A stretch of 63,378 nt of DNA, filler included, from Octopus bimaculoides (taxonomy: Eukaryota): NCBI RefSeq assembly GCF_001194135.2. It is 8 parts of 6 records of this genome, joined end to end, with 100 filler letters (N's around TTAATTAATTAA, not from the genome) between each part and the next. Parts side by side here need not be neighbours in the genome. Positions count along the whole stretch, not along the records: positions 1 to 14,353 come from NC_068983.1; positions 14,454 to 40,957 come from NC_068983.1; 6 more parts are not named here. One strand, given 5' to 3'. Below are positions 11,881 through 24,010 of this stretch, piece after piece (positions within the stretch are counted from its first letter, which is position 1; each line of letters begins with the position of its first letter). The position numbers and the translations under genes are program-made. Under the pieces are notes generated by a model. That model did no database searches. It worked only from the letters and a program-made list of their open reading frames with translations, and was not told where the DNA came from.

Positions 11881-12377
11881 TAGACCATAATGAAAACACT
11901 GCTCAATTAATTGGTATAAAAGATGGGCTACAGCAAATATTCTGCTCAATAACACAGATTTGCTTGCCAGTTGCTTGATCTTAACCAGTTGAACATGTCC
12001 CTTAGTGGCTGATGATATGTGCATCTCAGACTTTAAAATAAAATAGGTTTGATTCAATTTGATCAAATGAACCCTTCTATGTGGTATCCGAGCATGGCAA
12101 AGTCCACGGGATGAAACAAATAAAAGAATAATAGACTATCTTTGCTCTTATTGCAAAAAATATTTCGGCGAACCATGGCAAAAGTTTCAATGTCTAAGCA
12201 GATAAATTGTCACTTCATTATTCCAAGAAATAACAATGAAGACGCGATGAAAGAGCTGTTCCATCATATAAGGCTAATTCCTGCAGGTGGCTCAAGCTAA
12301 GCTGGGAGGTAGGTAGGATCCTTAGAACGTTACATTCTCTTATATCTAATGTTTCTTTCTCTCTTTCATAATTTCAG

Positions 12378-12489
12378 GCTTTGGTTAAATATTCATCATA
12401 TTGTACTCAATATGTTTATTACAAATGCTACCGGAATCCTGGAACTGATCATATTCACTACGAAACATGTGATGGAAGAACATATGAGG
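12378..12489 (+). CDS. Exon C: middle of fibrinogen-like module
   Basis: Long pyrimidine tract + ATTTCAG, donor GTACGT at 12490. Phase 0 to 1. ALVKYSSYCTQYVYYKCYRNPGTDHIHYETCDGRTYE matches the AL..S..C.Q.(V/I).Y.C motif. Splices in frame to exon D. Not in the supplied ORF track. Confidence 0.8.
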
Positions 12490-13029
12490 GTACGTGAAGT
12501 ACAATGGTCTTTTTTCCTGAATCGCAACGATCATGCTTAGCAGCGAGTTTTACATCGTTAAGAAAATGAGGTATAAAAAGTTCTCTTGGATATGATACAT
12601 GATGTAACTTCTGGGCTGTATTTTCGGAATGAAAATTTCCTCGCACCTCACCAAATTTTATGAGATAAAAAGTTCATTTAAAAATAAAAACAAAGCAACA
12701 ACTAATAGTGCGTTAAATATAATATATAACACAAATAACATATAATATGATTAAAGTACACAAATATAATGAAAGGTATGATCTTGTTTTTGACGAGTAA
12801 TCTCCTTTACATTCAGCCTAATTTGAGATTAAAAAAAAACTTTTATCTCCTCACCAACACAAAGAAGCCTTTCCATTTTTTTTTTGTTTTTGTTTTTGTA
12901 CGGTCATACAAATTTCATCATGAAGACATTAGCGAAATTAACTGCCACGGGGGTACTTATGGCGCAACTCCTCGTCTTCTAAATTTTGTTCAAACTTTAT
13001 TGTGTTACATTGTAACACAAACTTCAATA

Positions 13030-13335
13030 ATTTTCAGCTCACGATTGTAATGTCATGGGTTCAATTCCCGGCAATACATTGTGTCCTTGAGCAAGACACT
13101 TTATTTCACGTTGCTCCAGTCAACTCAGCTGGCAAAAATTGGTTGTACCTGTAATTGAAAGGGCCAGCCTTGTCACATTCTGTGTCACACCGAATCTCCT
13201 AAAAAATTTTCGTTAAGGGCCCATGTGTCAGTGGGGTGCTCAGCCACTTACACGTTTAATTCAATTCACGAGCGAGATGTTTCGTTGATAGGATCAACTG
13301 AAACACTCGTCCTCGTCACAGACGGAGAGCCAGGC
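13030..13335 (+). mobile_element. tRNA-derived CORE-type SINE, long form
   Basis: GGTTCAATTCC B box, TGTGTCCTTGAGCAAGACACTT, long 3' body shared with 22565-22942, 27345-27668 and 38150-38455. Confidence 0.8.
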
Positions 13336-13487
13336 CATAAAATAAGTATCATGTATATACTCAGGGAAGACACAATCGACCGACACATCTGAAGATTTAG
13401 TACATTGAGTGATGGTTATCCTATGATAGCTTTAATACAACGTTTATTTAAGCCAGTTCTTTTAATTTTAAAAATTTTTTCTTCCAG

Positions 13488-13739
13488 ATATGACTGGTTT
13501 ATCTTCAGAAAGCACGTGTGGCTGTGGATTACGTGGAAGCTGTAAGGGTGGACTATCACATAAATGTAACTGCGATTCTGAAACTAATGAGTGGCTTTCA
13601 GATAGCTCCTACATTTACAACAAGTCTCGTCTAGCTGTCTGTAAAGTTTGTGTCAAGAAGAAGTCTTACGACAATGCCAACGTTCAACAGAGTGTCAATG
13701 TTAATGTTTACACTTTATATTGTTCGAAACGCTATCTCT
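13488..13739 (+). CDS. Exon D: C-terminal half of fibrinogen-like module
   Basis: TTTTTTCTTCCAG acceptor, GTAAGT donor at 13740. Phase 1 to 1, 252 nt. CGCGLRGSCKGGLSHKCNCDSETNEWLSDSSYIYNKSRL matches CaCG...C...CNCD...W..D.g.l..K..L. Confidence 0.9.
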
Positions 13740-14076
13740 GTAAGTAAAATCATAAGCTAATCTGCATTTACCTGCTCTGTCACTAGTCACATATTTAACG
13801 CTTCCCTGTGTCACTAATCACATCTCAGATATGTGTTAATAATTCTATTTTAAATTAATATTTTTTGTATCACTATTTGATTTCAACTTGTGTGTAGCGC
13901 CATGTTCTGATTTTTAGTTTTAGAAAAATTCCCAAATATGTTCCTATATTCTGTTCCTGCAGTGTGTTCCTGTACGAATAACTATTTTATATTCTAATCC
14001 TATTCTAGTCCTATTCCTATATTCTAGTCTTATTCAAACCAACGTAAGATAATAGTATTCCTGTTACTTTACGGAG

Positions 14077-14296
14077 ATTGTTCAATGATACCATAATATT
14101 TCGGGAAAATTTTCCTTTCTCAAATAGAAGAGAAAATATTAAAAATTTGCATAGAAATGTGTTATTGGTATGTCATTCTAGTGTGACCTGCCGATAACAT
14201 TACATTTCTCCGAATTCTTTGATTGTTTTCTTTCTTCTATTTGAAATTTTGAAATGGGGAAATTTTTCCCGAAAATTTATAGGATCATTAAACAAC
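14077..14296. repeat. Diverged inverted-repeat element (~75-nt arms)
   Basis: TTGTTCAATGATACCATAATATTTTCGGGAAAATTTTCC vs GGAAATTTTTCCCGAAAATTTATAGGATCATTAAACAA. Confidence 0.65.
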
Positions 14297-14353
14297 TTGT
14301 AGATATGTGTGTGTGTGTGTGTGTGCATGTAGATATATGTGTATATATATATA

Positions 14354-14453
14354 NNNNNNNNNNNNNNNNNNNNNNNNNNNNNNNNNNNNNNNNNNNNTTA
14401 ATTAATTAANNNNNNNNNNNNNNNNNNNNNNNNNNNNNNNNNNNNNNNNNNNN
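14354..14453. other. Artificial 100-bp linker N44-TTAATTAATTAA-N44
   Basis: Exact geometry repeated seven times; six-frame stop. Confidence 0.95.
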
Positions 14454-14560
14454 TTTGGCATTTATAAGCCGCCCTCTTTCCCTATTTCTGGCGAGGATGT
14501 AGTCGATTTGGCTAGAGTGTCTGCCGGAGCGGTAGGTGACTAGGTGACTGGCAGGTTTCC
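14454..14560 (-). mobile_element. RTE LINE endonuclease fragment
   Basis: RKPASHLVTYRSGRHSSQIDYILAR. Confidence 0.7.
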
Positions 14561-14636
14561 TGATATATATATATATATATATATATGCATACAATGCTAG
14601 GTTGTTTATATAGGTGTGTGTGTATTTATATGTATG

Positions 14637-14681
<45 letters not shown>

Positions 14682-14700
14682 TCACACACATACACAAACA

Positions 14701-14741
<41 letters not shown>

Positions 14742-15054
14742 GTGTGTGAATATGTGTGTGACTCAATGGTTAAGAAATTTGCTTCCCAATCGCAAAATGC
14801 CAAGTTCAATCCCACAGTGTGGCATCTTGTGCACATATCGTTTTTTTTTCTTAGATCATTAGGTTGATCCATACCTTGGGAGTTTAAGTGGGTTGATGGT
14901 AATTGTATACAAGCCCCATTGGATGGGTGTACTTGAAACAGTGTCCCTATAATCATGCCTCTTGGTGGGTATCTGAAGGGACTTTTGCAGTGATGGTGGT
15001 GAATGTGTATAGTATGGATAGAAAAAGGGCACCATAATAGGTAATCTGTGACTA

Positions 15055-15335
15055 TGGTTGCATTTGAATACCAATATCACTACCACCACCACTGCCACCT
15101 CTTCCAGCTACCACCATCTGCACCACTAGGGCTACCACTACCACCACCACCACAAGCACCAGCACCACCAGCACTACCAGCACCAGCACTACCACTACCA
15201 CGACCAGCACGACCACGACCACGGCCATGACGACGACGACGACGACCACCACCACCACTACCCCCCCACCATTGCCATTGCCACCACTGCCAGCACCATT
15301 ATCATCATCATCATTGTCATCATCATCAACATCAC
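15055..15335. repeat. (CCA)/(CAG)/(CAT) compound trinucleotide tract
   Basis: Low-complexity sequence giving spurious poly-Val/Pro ORFs. Confidence 0.9.
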
Positions 15336-15921
15336 TGTTTTACATCTGCTTTCCATGCTGGAATGAGCTAGTTTTTCACTGCCTGCCTCAGTTCTAATTC
15401 AGAGTTACTTCCCATCTACAGTGATCAAAGAACTATTATCTTGCATTTTCATTCCACTTTTGGCAAGGTTTCATTACTAGGATGCCCTTCCCAACACCAA
15501 TTACTTTGCAAAGTGTACAGGGTGCATTATGGCACCAACATAAAACATAACATGAAAGGTTGTTATGTTTACGGTCAAATCAAAGAGCCCACTTGACTCC
15601 TGTATTAATTCTGCTTATTCACCAAAGGCTTTGCAGAGTGTACTGCGTGCATTTTATCAAGACACCAGCACTAAGGAGTTTAATTTGTGCTCTGCAAAGC
15701 TAAAAAAATTTTCACTACTCTACAGTGTCCCCATTCTTTGAAGACTGCATGATGAAGAGTGGTTGAGTAGAAGAGAGAGAACGATGATTTCTATAATCAA
15801 CAACATGAAATGAAGAATAACAATTCAATAAACATCAGCTTCTCATAAAATCTGCAAACTCTCCTTCATGTATTGAGTATTTTTCCCTTTGAAAATACAT
15901 ACATCCACCAGTCTGTATATA

Positions 15922-15961
<40 letters not shown>

Positions 15962-16579
15962 CTTTATCTTATGATATTTACTTTGTTTTATATTATACTC
16001 ATTTATTCTGCTTTTAATTATTAATTTTTCTATATGTGATAGTGGATTTTCATCGATGAGTTCTTGAAACTTGGTTCTTTTCCCTAAAACTATATATTTT
16101 TATATATATTTTAATCTATAAAGCTCAATTTAATTTTAATTTTTTATAAATTGATTTTAATTGAGTTTTTATCTGTAATTTTGGATTTTGTNNNNNNNNN
16201 NNNNNNNNNNNNNNNNNNNNNNNNNNNNNNNNNNNNNNNNNNNNNNNNNNNNNNNNNNNNNNNNNNNNNNNNNNNNNNNNNNNNNNNNNNNNNNNNNNNN
16301 NNNNNNNNNNNNNNNNNNNNNNNNNNNNNNNNNNNNNNNNNNNNNNNNNNNNNNNNNNNNNNNNNNNNNNNNNNNNNNNNNNNNNNNNNNNNNNNNNNNN
16401 NNNNNNNNNNNNNNNNNNNNNNNNNNNNNNNNNNNNNNNNNNNNNNNNNNNNNNNNNNNNNNNNNNNNNNNNNNNNNNNNNNNNNNNNNNNNNNNNNNNN
16501 NNNNNNNNNNNNNNNNNNNNNNNNNNNNNNNNNNNNNNNNNNNNNNNNNNNNNNNNNNNNNNNNNNNNNNNNNNNNNNN

Positions 16580-17040
16580 NNNTATATATACCGGAGTAAG
16601 CACATAAATGTGAAACAAGGTGGAAAAAAGAGTACTCATATACCAGAGGTAGAGTAATATGCTTTATTTAAAAGCAGCAGAAATATAACAAAAGCTGTTA
16701 CTCAGTTTCACGTTCCTGTTCATCAAACAGTTTTGTTAAAATGGAAGAGAAATAACGTAAAAATCAAAACTAGTTTAAGGATACACCTTCAAAAATGGAT
16801 TTGTTTCATTGGTCCTTTCAATTAATGGTCTTAAGCATGCAATGAACAAAATAAATGAATTCAATATAAATTCATCCTATTGCAAAATCAAAGAAAACCT
16901 TAAATCGAAGAGTAGATTCAAAATACATATTGTAAATAATTATATACGAAATATAAGTCAATTAATACATTAAAATTAAAGTTATAATTTTCACGCTGCA
17001 TTACATAAATATTTTACAACAGTATATACCATACTAGACC
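16580..17040 (-). mobile_element. PLE-type terminal repeat with minimal hammerhead variant
   Basis: Minus strand TTGATGA-ACAGGAACGT-GAAAC (16705-16726). Confidence 0.5.
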
Positions 17041-17224
17041 ATCTATAACATACATATATACATCAAAATACACAGATGCATCCACATAGTTATATACATA
17101 TATAGGTATATATATGTAAGACATAAATATATGCACAAATACTCATATACACATATAGATATATGCACACAGCCATGCCCGCGTACAAAAATCTCTTGTT
17201 GTATACATAATAATAATAATAACA

Positions 17225-17372
17225 ACATCGTAAAATATGTTAGGAATGAGAACCAAGGTTTGAAATTTCCCCAAGATACCTGATAAAGGCTGGAGGGTAT
17301 ATCAGCTGAAATGTGTTAACAACAAACAAGATGAGGACAAATATTCGTCAAATGTAAATAATGTAAATAATG
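17225..17372 (+). mobile_element. PLE-type terminus with degenerate hammerhead
   Basis: CTGATAA-A-GGCTG-GAGGGTATAT-CAGCT-GAAAT at 17280-17312. Confidence 0.55.
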
Positions 17373-17782
17373 TACTGAAGAGATGTTGCTATAAAAAAAA
17401 AAAAAACTCCAGGAAAAATTACACTGGAATTTGAACTTTGATAATCTTTAGTTCATTGAAATGGTAAGAATATAACATGACTACATTTAATTCTTTTGAT
17501 ATGATTATTTTGCAAACACAAAGTACTGACTAGTGTTGTTTTAACTCATCATGAAAACGGAAGCTTCTTGAATCACATTATTCATATAAAATCAAATAAT
17601 TATACAATTTAATGCTACATTTCATCATTCTTTTTACTCAAATTAACTGAAGTTGACTTTATTTGCATATGCTTTTAACCAATCAATTTTACATAGATTT
17701 CATAGTCATTGGCTCAATGTTTGTAAAAGTTATGCAATTAAACAAATTATGCAATTATCAGAAAATACAGTTGAACAAAATC

Positions 17783-17871
<89 letters not shown>

Positions 17872-17879
17872 AATATATG

Positions 17880-18720
17880 TCTGAACCTGGTGGCTCTCCG
17901 GATGTTATACATAATTTTTGCTTCCGAGGTGACCTAATTAGCAATGGAGGAGGTTGTATAGAAAGTAATTCCTAGAATAAGAATAGGATGGAGAATGGTC
18001 AGAGAGCTTTTACCTCAGTTGGCAGCCAAGGTCTCTCTCTCTCTCTCTCTGAATGAAGGAAAGATTGTGTGATGCATATGTACGAACTGCAATGCTGCAC
18101 ATTAGTGAGATGTCGTCCCTGAATGTGGAGGACATGTGAATGCTGGAGAGGAATGAAGCTGATATGCTCCACTGGATGTGCAATGTTAGTGTGCATGCAT
18201 GACAGAACATTGGTGTATTGAGAGAGAAGTTGGTCATAAGGGGAATTAGATGCACTGTTCAAGAAAGGAGACAGCACTAGTTTGGTCATGTGATGCAAAT
18301 GGATGAGAACTGTTGCATAAAGAAATGTTGATCACTTAAAGTAGAGGGAAGTTATGGAAGATGGAAACCCAGGAAGACTTGGGATGAGGTTTTGAAGGCC
18401 AATCTCAAAATGCTGAACCTTACAAAGGAGATGACCGAGGGCCAAGATATTTGGCACACTGCTATACTCAAGAAGGCCCACAACAGAATTGAGATCCTAT
18501 AACCAAGGTGCCATCTAAAAAGCATTAGTGTGGATGCTGGAGCCATGTAAAAAGCACTGGTGATGGTGGAGTGTTTGGTGTTAGGAAGGACATCCAGCTG
18601 AAAAAAACCAAGCCAAAACAGACTATGGAATCTGGTATGGGCCCTGACCTTGCCAGTTCCTGTCAAGCTGTCAACCTATGCCAGCATGGAAGACAGACAT
18701 TAAATGTTGATGATGATGAT
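17880..18720 (+). mobile_element. RTE LINE 3' fragment plus tail
   Basis: HNFCFRGDLISNGGGCIES; MLERNEADMLHWMCNVSV..IRGIRCTVQERRQH.FGHVMQM; tail TAGGAAGGACATCCAGC. Confidence 0.75.
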
Positions 18721-18811
18721 GAGGATGATGATTATGATTTTGCACAAATGTATTTTAACGTGATATATCTATATCTATACCAATGTCTAAGATACTGTAT
18801 TTCTGTCTGTC

Positions 18812-18855
<44 letters not shown>

Positions 18856-19131
18856 CATATATACACATATGTATTTATATATATCAATATAAATATTCAT
18901 ATACATATGTACATATATACATGCATCCATGCATATGTGTGTGTATATATATATAAAAAGTAAATAAGTAACAGGGATGTCAAGGTATTAGTGTATTAGT
19001 GTATTATGGCCGTTTCAGGCAGCTCCATTCCTTATTACTTATTTGCTTTTTATTCACCTTATTTGAGCGGTGCGGATAATGCCAGACTGACTTGGTGCCT
19101 CAATATAAGTACCTAATTCAACTGAATCGTA

Positions 19132-19176
<45 letters not shown>

Positions 19177-19334
19177 AATGAAAGTGCTTACAGACTAGAA
19201 AAAATCTTTTTCTCAAAAAAGGCTAGTAACATCCTCATAAAAGATTTCATAACATTTAAAAAATAAATCACCTTTACACTTCAAAAACTGTATTATGTAA
19301 TCTTCATAGACTTTCAAATATATATATATCATCA

Positions 19335-19805
19335 TCATCGTCGTCGTTGTCGATTAACATCTGCTTTCCATGCTGGCATGGGTTGAACGGTTTGACTGAG
19401 GACTGGTGAGCCAGAAAGCTGCACCAGGCTCCAATCTGATCTGGCAAAGTTTCTACAGCTGGATGCCCTTCCTAATGCCAACCACTCCGAGAGTGTAGTG
19501 GGTGCTTTTACGTGCCACCAGCATGAGTCAGTCAAGTGGTACTGGCAACGACCACACTCAAAAGGTGTTTTTTACATGCCACCTGCATGGGAGCCAGTCT
19601 GGTGGCACTGGCAACGACTACACTTGAATGTTGTTTTTCACGTGCCACCGGTACATGTGCCAGTAAGGCGACACTGGCAACGATCATGCTCAAATGGTGC
19701 TTTTTACGTGCCACCAGCATGGGAGCCAGTTAGTGGCCCTGGCAACGGTCATGCTCGGATGGTGCTTTTAACGTTCCACTGGCACGAGTGCCAATCCGGC
19801 GGCAA
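19335..19805 (-). mobile_element. SINE/RTE-tail repeat with internal ~62-nt tandem array (about 5 units)
   Basis: Repeated GTGCTTTTACGTGCCACC..GGCACTGGCAACGA units at 19501-19800. Confidence 0.75.
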
Positions 19806-19859
19806 AATTTATTATCCAATGAATGAAGGGTACTCATGCTGAGGTCTCTTCCTAGAGAC

Positions 19860-20500
19860 AACAGGTAACCATGTACTCCTGCTCCTCTCCGTCATGTTCG
19901 GGCAAGTGGTGACTAAACCTCTTGGTTTAGCTTGTTGGATCTTGGATGGTGTGAAGACACCCATCAGAACTGAAAACAGGATCTGTTCAAACAAGGGCAC
20001 AAGATTACCCTCCTTATCCCACACCCCACCAGACTATAACCCCTATGGTGGATCAAGTGGAGGAAGCTAGATCTCTGAACTCAATGATTGATCCTAGTGG
20101 AAGAGGGCAATGCCAGATAGACTGGTTAGAAAGGTGTAACTCTAATGACATTGGAGTTAGCAGCTTTCTGTTGCAGCCAATCTTCCGGACTTTGCATGTC
20201 ACTCCAGGTAGTGCCATGGCAAAAGGATTTTGGGCTATAGTGTGTGGGGATCCCCTTGGCAAGGAGATCTCTACCCTGAACAAACTCACACCATTGGCTG
20301 GTTTCTCTTTGATCCAACTCTTCCCCCACCCTTTTTCTTTAATGGTTTTACAAAAGCCCAACGGCAATGGAGTAAGGATAGTGGGAGCAGGTTTTGGTGA
20401 AAGTAGAAGATCCTAGTCTGGACCTGCACATTGGTGGCAGATGTAAGAATGGTTGCCTTCCTGGGACCTGGTGACAACCCAGGGACTTGGTCCTACATCT
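19860..20500 (-). mobile_element. Highly degenerate LINE endonuclease remnant (possibly L1/Tx1 group)
   Basis: EFVQGRDL..GTTWSD and a weak YAP/FF..L/GDF-like spacing; many disablements. Confidence 0.35.
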
Positions 20501-20560
20501 GTGACTGGGCAGGCCTATTTGAGAACACTGCTGCTCACCCTGAATGGGGAAGGCCCCTTG

Positions 20561-20601
<41 letters not shown>

Positions 20602-21634
20602 CACGTGGTCAAGGTATTAGATTCACAATTAGAGGGTTGTGGAATCGATTTCTGAGCCAAAACAGTGCATTTTGTTCTTGAGCAATAAACTGAATTCTTG
20701 TTGCTCCTGTCTACACAGATGAAAATAAATACTAATTAACCCTCTGCAGTATTCCTATTCTTGGTATTTCATCTGGTCAAATGTGGGAATATTTAGAAGG
20801 TATGCATGTCTACTCACAATTACTTAGATGTTTAATGCAGTTAGCAAAATCATGGTTCATGCGTCTAGGTCACTCGAGAGCAATTGCTAGAATATCATCA
20901 TCAGTTCAACGTTCACTTATCTATGATTGGACCTGGAACCATATGGTCAGGAAGTAAATTTCTTTCCACAAAGCTATACCAACACCTATTATTGACTTAC
21001 ATCTTAGGAAGGCATCATTGACTGATAAAGAAATCATACTTTCAACAGCGTGAGCACAAAACTGCTAGGTTCCTGTATGTCTTTTGCGAGGTTTTACAAG
21101 CAAGGTTGTATATATTCCTTTCAATATGGTGTTTTTTAAGTTTGTTCATCATTTTTTCACTCTAGGTAGAAATAACCAAGTTAACTCTATTTATATATCT
21201 ACTGTATAAGTTATACATATTATGTCATACTTTGATACTGTGTGAACTGAAATCCCTATTGAAAGCCCCCCCCCCCAATATTAGATANNNNNNNNNNGAA
21301 AGCCCCCCCCCCCAATATTAGATACAGTGGTAACACTTATAGTATGCTAATCAGTAGGTCCAGCTCTCTGTAGCTAATGTAATTGTTGAGCATAAAAGCA
21401 GATTGACTGCTTGTTCCTCTGTATTAGTCAAATTGATGTAGATACCCCTGATGAGAATCCAGCAAGTGTTGAAAATTGATTAAGGTTGCTCATAATTTCT
21501 TCAGTCTACAGAGAAATAGCTAAGTTAGCCTTGTTTATATATCTACTATTTAGGTTATATACATATAAATACATATATAGATGATATCTAACTATCTATC
21601 TATCTATCCATGTGTGTATAAACATGTATGCATG

Positions 21635-21718
<84 letters not shown>

Positions 21719-21721
21719 TAT

Positions 21722-21885
21722 ATATGGCTGTGTAGTAAGAAGCTTGGTTCCCAACCACATGTTTCTGGGTTCAGTCCCACTGTATGCCACCTTGATCAAG
21801 TGTCTTCTACTTTAGTCTCAGACTGATCAAAGCCTTATGAGTGGATTTGGTAGACAAAAACTGAAAGACTGAAAGAAGCCCGCCG

Positions 21886-21918
<33 letters not shown>

Positions 21919-22110
21919 TTGTTCCCCACTATCACTTGATCGCTTGACAACCAATGTTGGTGTGTAACTTAGCGGTTTGGTAAAAGAGACCAATAGAATA
22001 AGTACTAGGCTCAGAAATATTAAGTTCTGGGGCTGATTTCTTCAACTAAAAAACCCTTGAGGTGGTATTCCAGTCAAATGACTGAAACAAGGACGAGAAT
22101 AAAAGAATGC
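21722..22110 (+). mobile_element. tRNA-derived SINE (head GGCTGTGTAGTAAGAAGCTT) with (TG)n middle
   Basis: Same family as 49693-49860, 50310-50440, 48470-48615 and 38490-38900. Confidence 0.7.
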
Positions 22111-22199
22111 ACACACACAACTAGGATGTAAAATTGTACAATTTAGTTGCATATCTACAATATATGTATGTATATACATATGCACATACATACATACAT

Positions 22200-22555
22200 A
22201 CATGATGGCCATCCACTTGTGGCCGAGGAAGACTATTGCTGACCTTTAGGAACATTGTGTGCTCTAGGACTAACTTATATTTTGCATTTGTGGCTGCACT
22301 AGTGGCTAATGAGCCCTGCTCTTGACAAGTATACACGACTGCAAACATTGCAAACCAAGCTTTCCTCATTCACTACACCAGCAGTGTACTTTTGAGCAGC
22401 ATGCTTAAATTCTTCATGAAGACTATGTGCTCTTTCAAAGGCGTTGACCCTCTCCTTAACCTGCTTCCTCCATCTGTGGTGATGGTAGGCATTGCTCTCC
22501 CTGCATATCACAGGCCTTTAATGTGGACTTGACATAGTCCTTAAATCACAGCCTT
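22200..22555 (-). mobile_element. RTE LINE extreme 3' end
   Basis: CNVCSRVYLSRAGLISH C2H2-type terminal motif. Confidence 0.7.
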
Positions 22556-22564
22556 AAATGTTGT

Positions 22565-22942
22565 TGGCACTCCGTCGCTTACGACGTCGAGGGTTCCAGT
22601 TGATCCGATCAACAGAACAGCCTGCTCGTGAAATTAACGTGCAAGTGGCTGAGCACACCACAGACACATGTACCCTTAACGTAGTTCTTGGGGATATTCA
22701 GCGTGACACAGTGTGACAAGGCTGACCCTTTGAATTACAGGCACAACAGAAACAGGAAGTAAGAGTGAGAGAAAGTTGTGGTGAAAGAGTACAGCAGGGT
22801 TCGCCACCATCCCCAGCCGGAGCCTCATGGAGCTTTAGGTGTTTTCACTCAATAAACACTCACAACGCCCGGTCTGGGAATTGAAACCGCGATCCTATGA
22901 CCGCGAGTCCACTGCCCTAACCACTGGGCCATTGCGCCTCCA
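22565..22942 (-). mobile_element. tRNA-derived CORE/long-form SINE, well preserved
   Basis: Minus-strand head GGAGGCGCAATGGCCCAGTGGTTAGGGCAGTGGACTCGCGGTCATAGGATCGCGGTTTCAATTCC. Confidence 0.85.
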
Positions 22943-23630
22943 GACAGCCTTAAATACACACATACATACATACATGCATACATACATATGTAATACATAC
23001 ATACATGCATGCATACATACTTGCATACATACATTGTATGTAGTTGAACATGTACTTAGGCTGTGCAATTTTACTTCATATCAATGAGATATTTTTGTAT
23101 TTAGAGTGTGCAATGGCTAAAAAGTTAGTGGATGCTATGACATAAATTCTGTGTAGATTAAACATATGAGAAGAATGAATCTCAAATATACCACATCAAG
23201 AAAATATGGAATAGTTACTATACAGTGTCTTGCAGGATATCTAAATATTTTACTGATTATTCCCCTAGTCAGCTACAATTGAATTACAGGCAGTTATATG
23301 TTTAGCCACAGAATGTATATAAGTTGGTGATATCATGAGTAGTTGATATACAAATCAATAAGGAATGGACAAATATATATATATATATATCACTTGCATG
23401 ACTTCTTATGAAATATTGAAATAAGTGTTTCTTTATAGCTTTCATATGATATTCAAATATCTAATGATCAAACTAGCAACAAGCTTTGATTGTTAACTGA
23501 AAGAATGGAGATGCGAAACTCAGAGAACTGGCACTTTAGAATGATTCAGTTAAAATTTATTAAAGGTTGCTCTACCATTAACGTTTTGAATTGTGTTTTT
23601 TATTGCTTCCTGGTGAATCAACACAAAGTA

Positions 23631-23673
<43 letters not shown>

Positions 23674-23684
23674 NNNNNNNNNNC

Positions 23685-23985
23685 CATGCTAGCATGGGTT
23701 GGACGATTTGACTGAGGACTGGTGAACCAGATGACTGCACCAGGCTCCAATCTGATTTGGCAGAGTTTCTACAGCTGGATGCCCTTCCTAACACCAACAA
23801 CTCCGAGAGTGTAGTGGGTGCTTTTACGTGCCACAGGCATGAAGGCCAGTCAAGTGCAACAGCCATGCTCAAGATGGTGTATTTTACGTGCCACCTGCAC
23901 AGGAGCCAGTCCAGCGGCACTGGCAACGATCTCGCTCGAATGACTTTTCACGTGCCACCGGCACAAGTGCCAGGAATGCGAAGCT
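23685..23985 (-). mobile_element. SINE/RTE-tail repeat with about 3 internal tandem units
   Basis: Homologous to 19335-19805. Confidence 0.75.
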
Positions 23986-24010
23986 GATATATATATATAT
24001 ATATATATTT

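Noticed and set aside
12202-12308. Candidate for the missing exon (right length and phases)
   Set aside because: Two in-frame stops (12231, 12237) and no motif match; kept only as a hypothesis in findings.
13950-15830. Possible next or terminal exons (TTCCTGCAG near 13960; CTCTACAG near 15725 with downstream AATAAA)
   Set aside because: Short non-homologous peptides; the second lies beyond an artificial linker.
21257-21325. Direct repeat GAAAGCCCCCCCCCCCAATATTAGATA across a 10-N gap
   Set aside because: Most likely an unmerged contig overlap.
21430-21515. Minus-strand exon-like segment TEEIMSNLNQFSTLAGFSSG
   Set aside because: No recognisable homology or partner exons.
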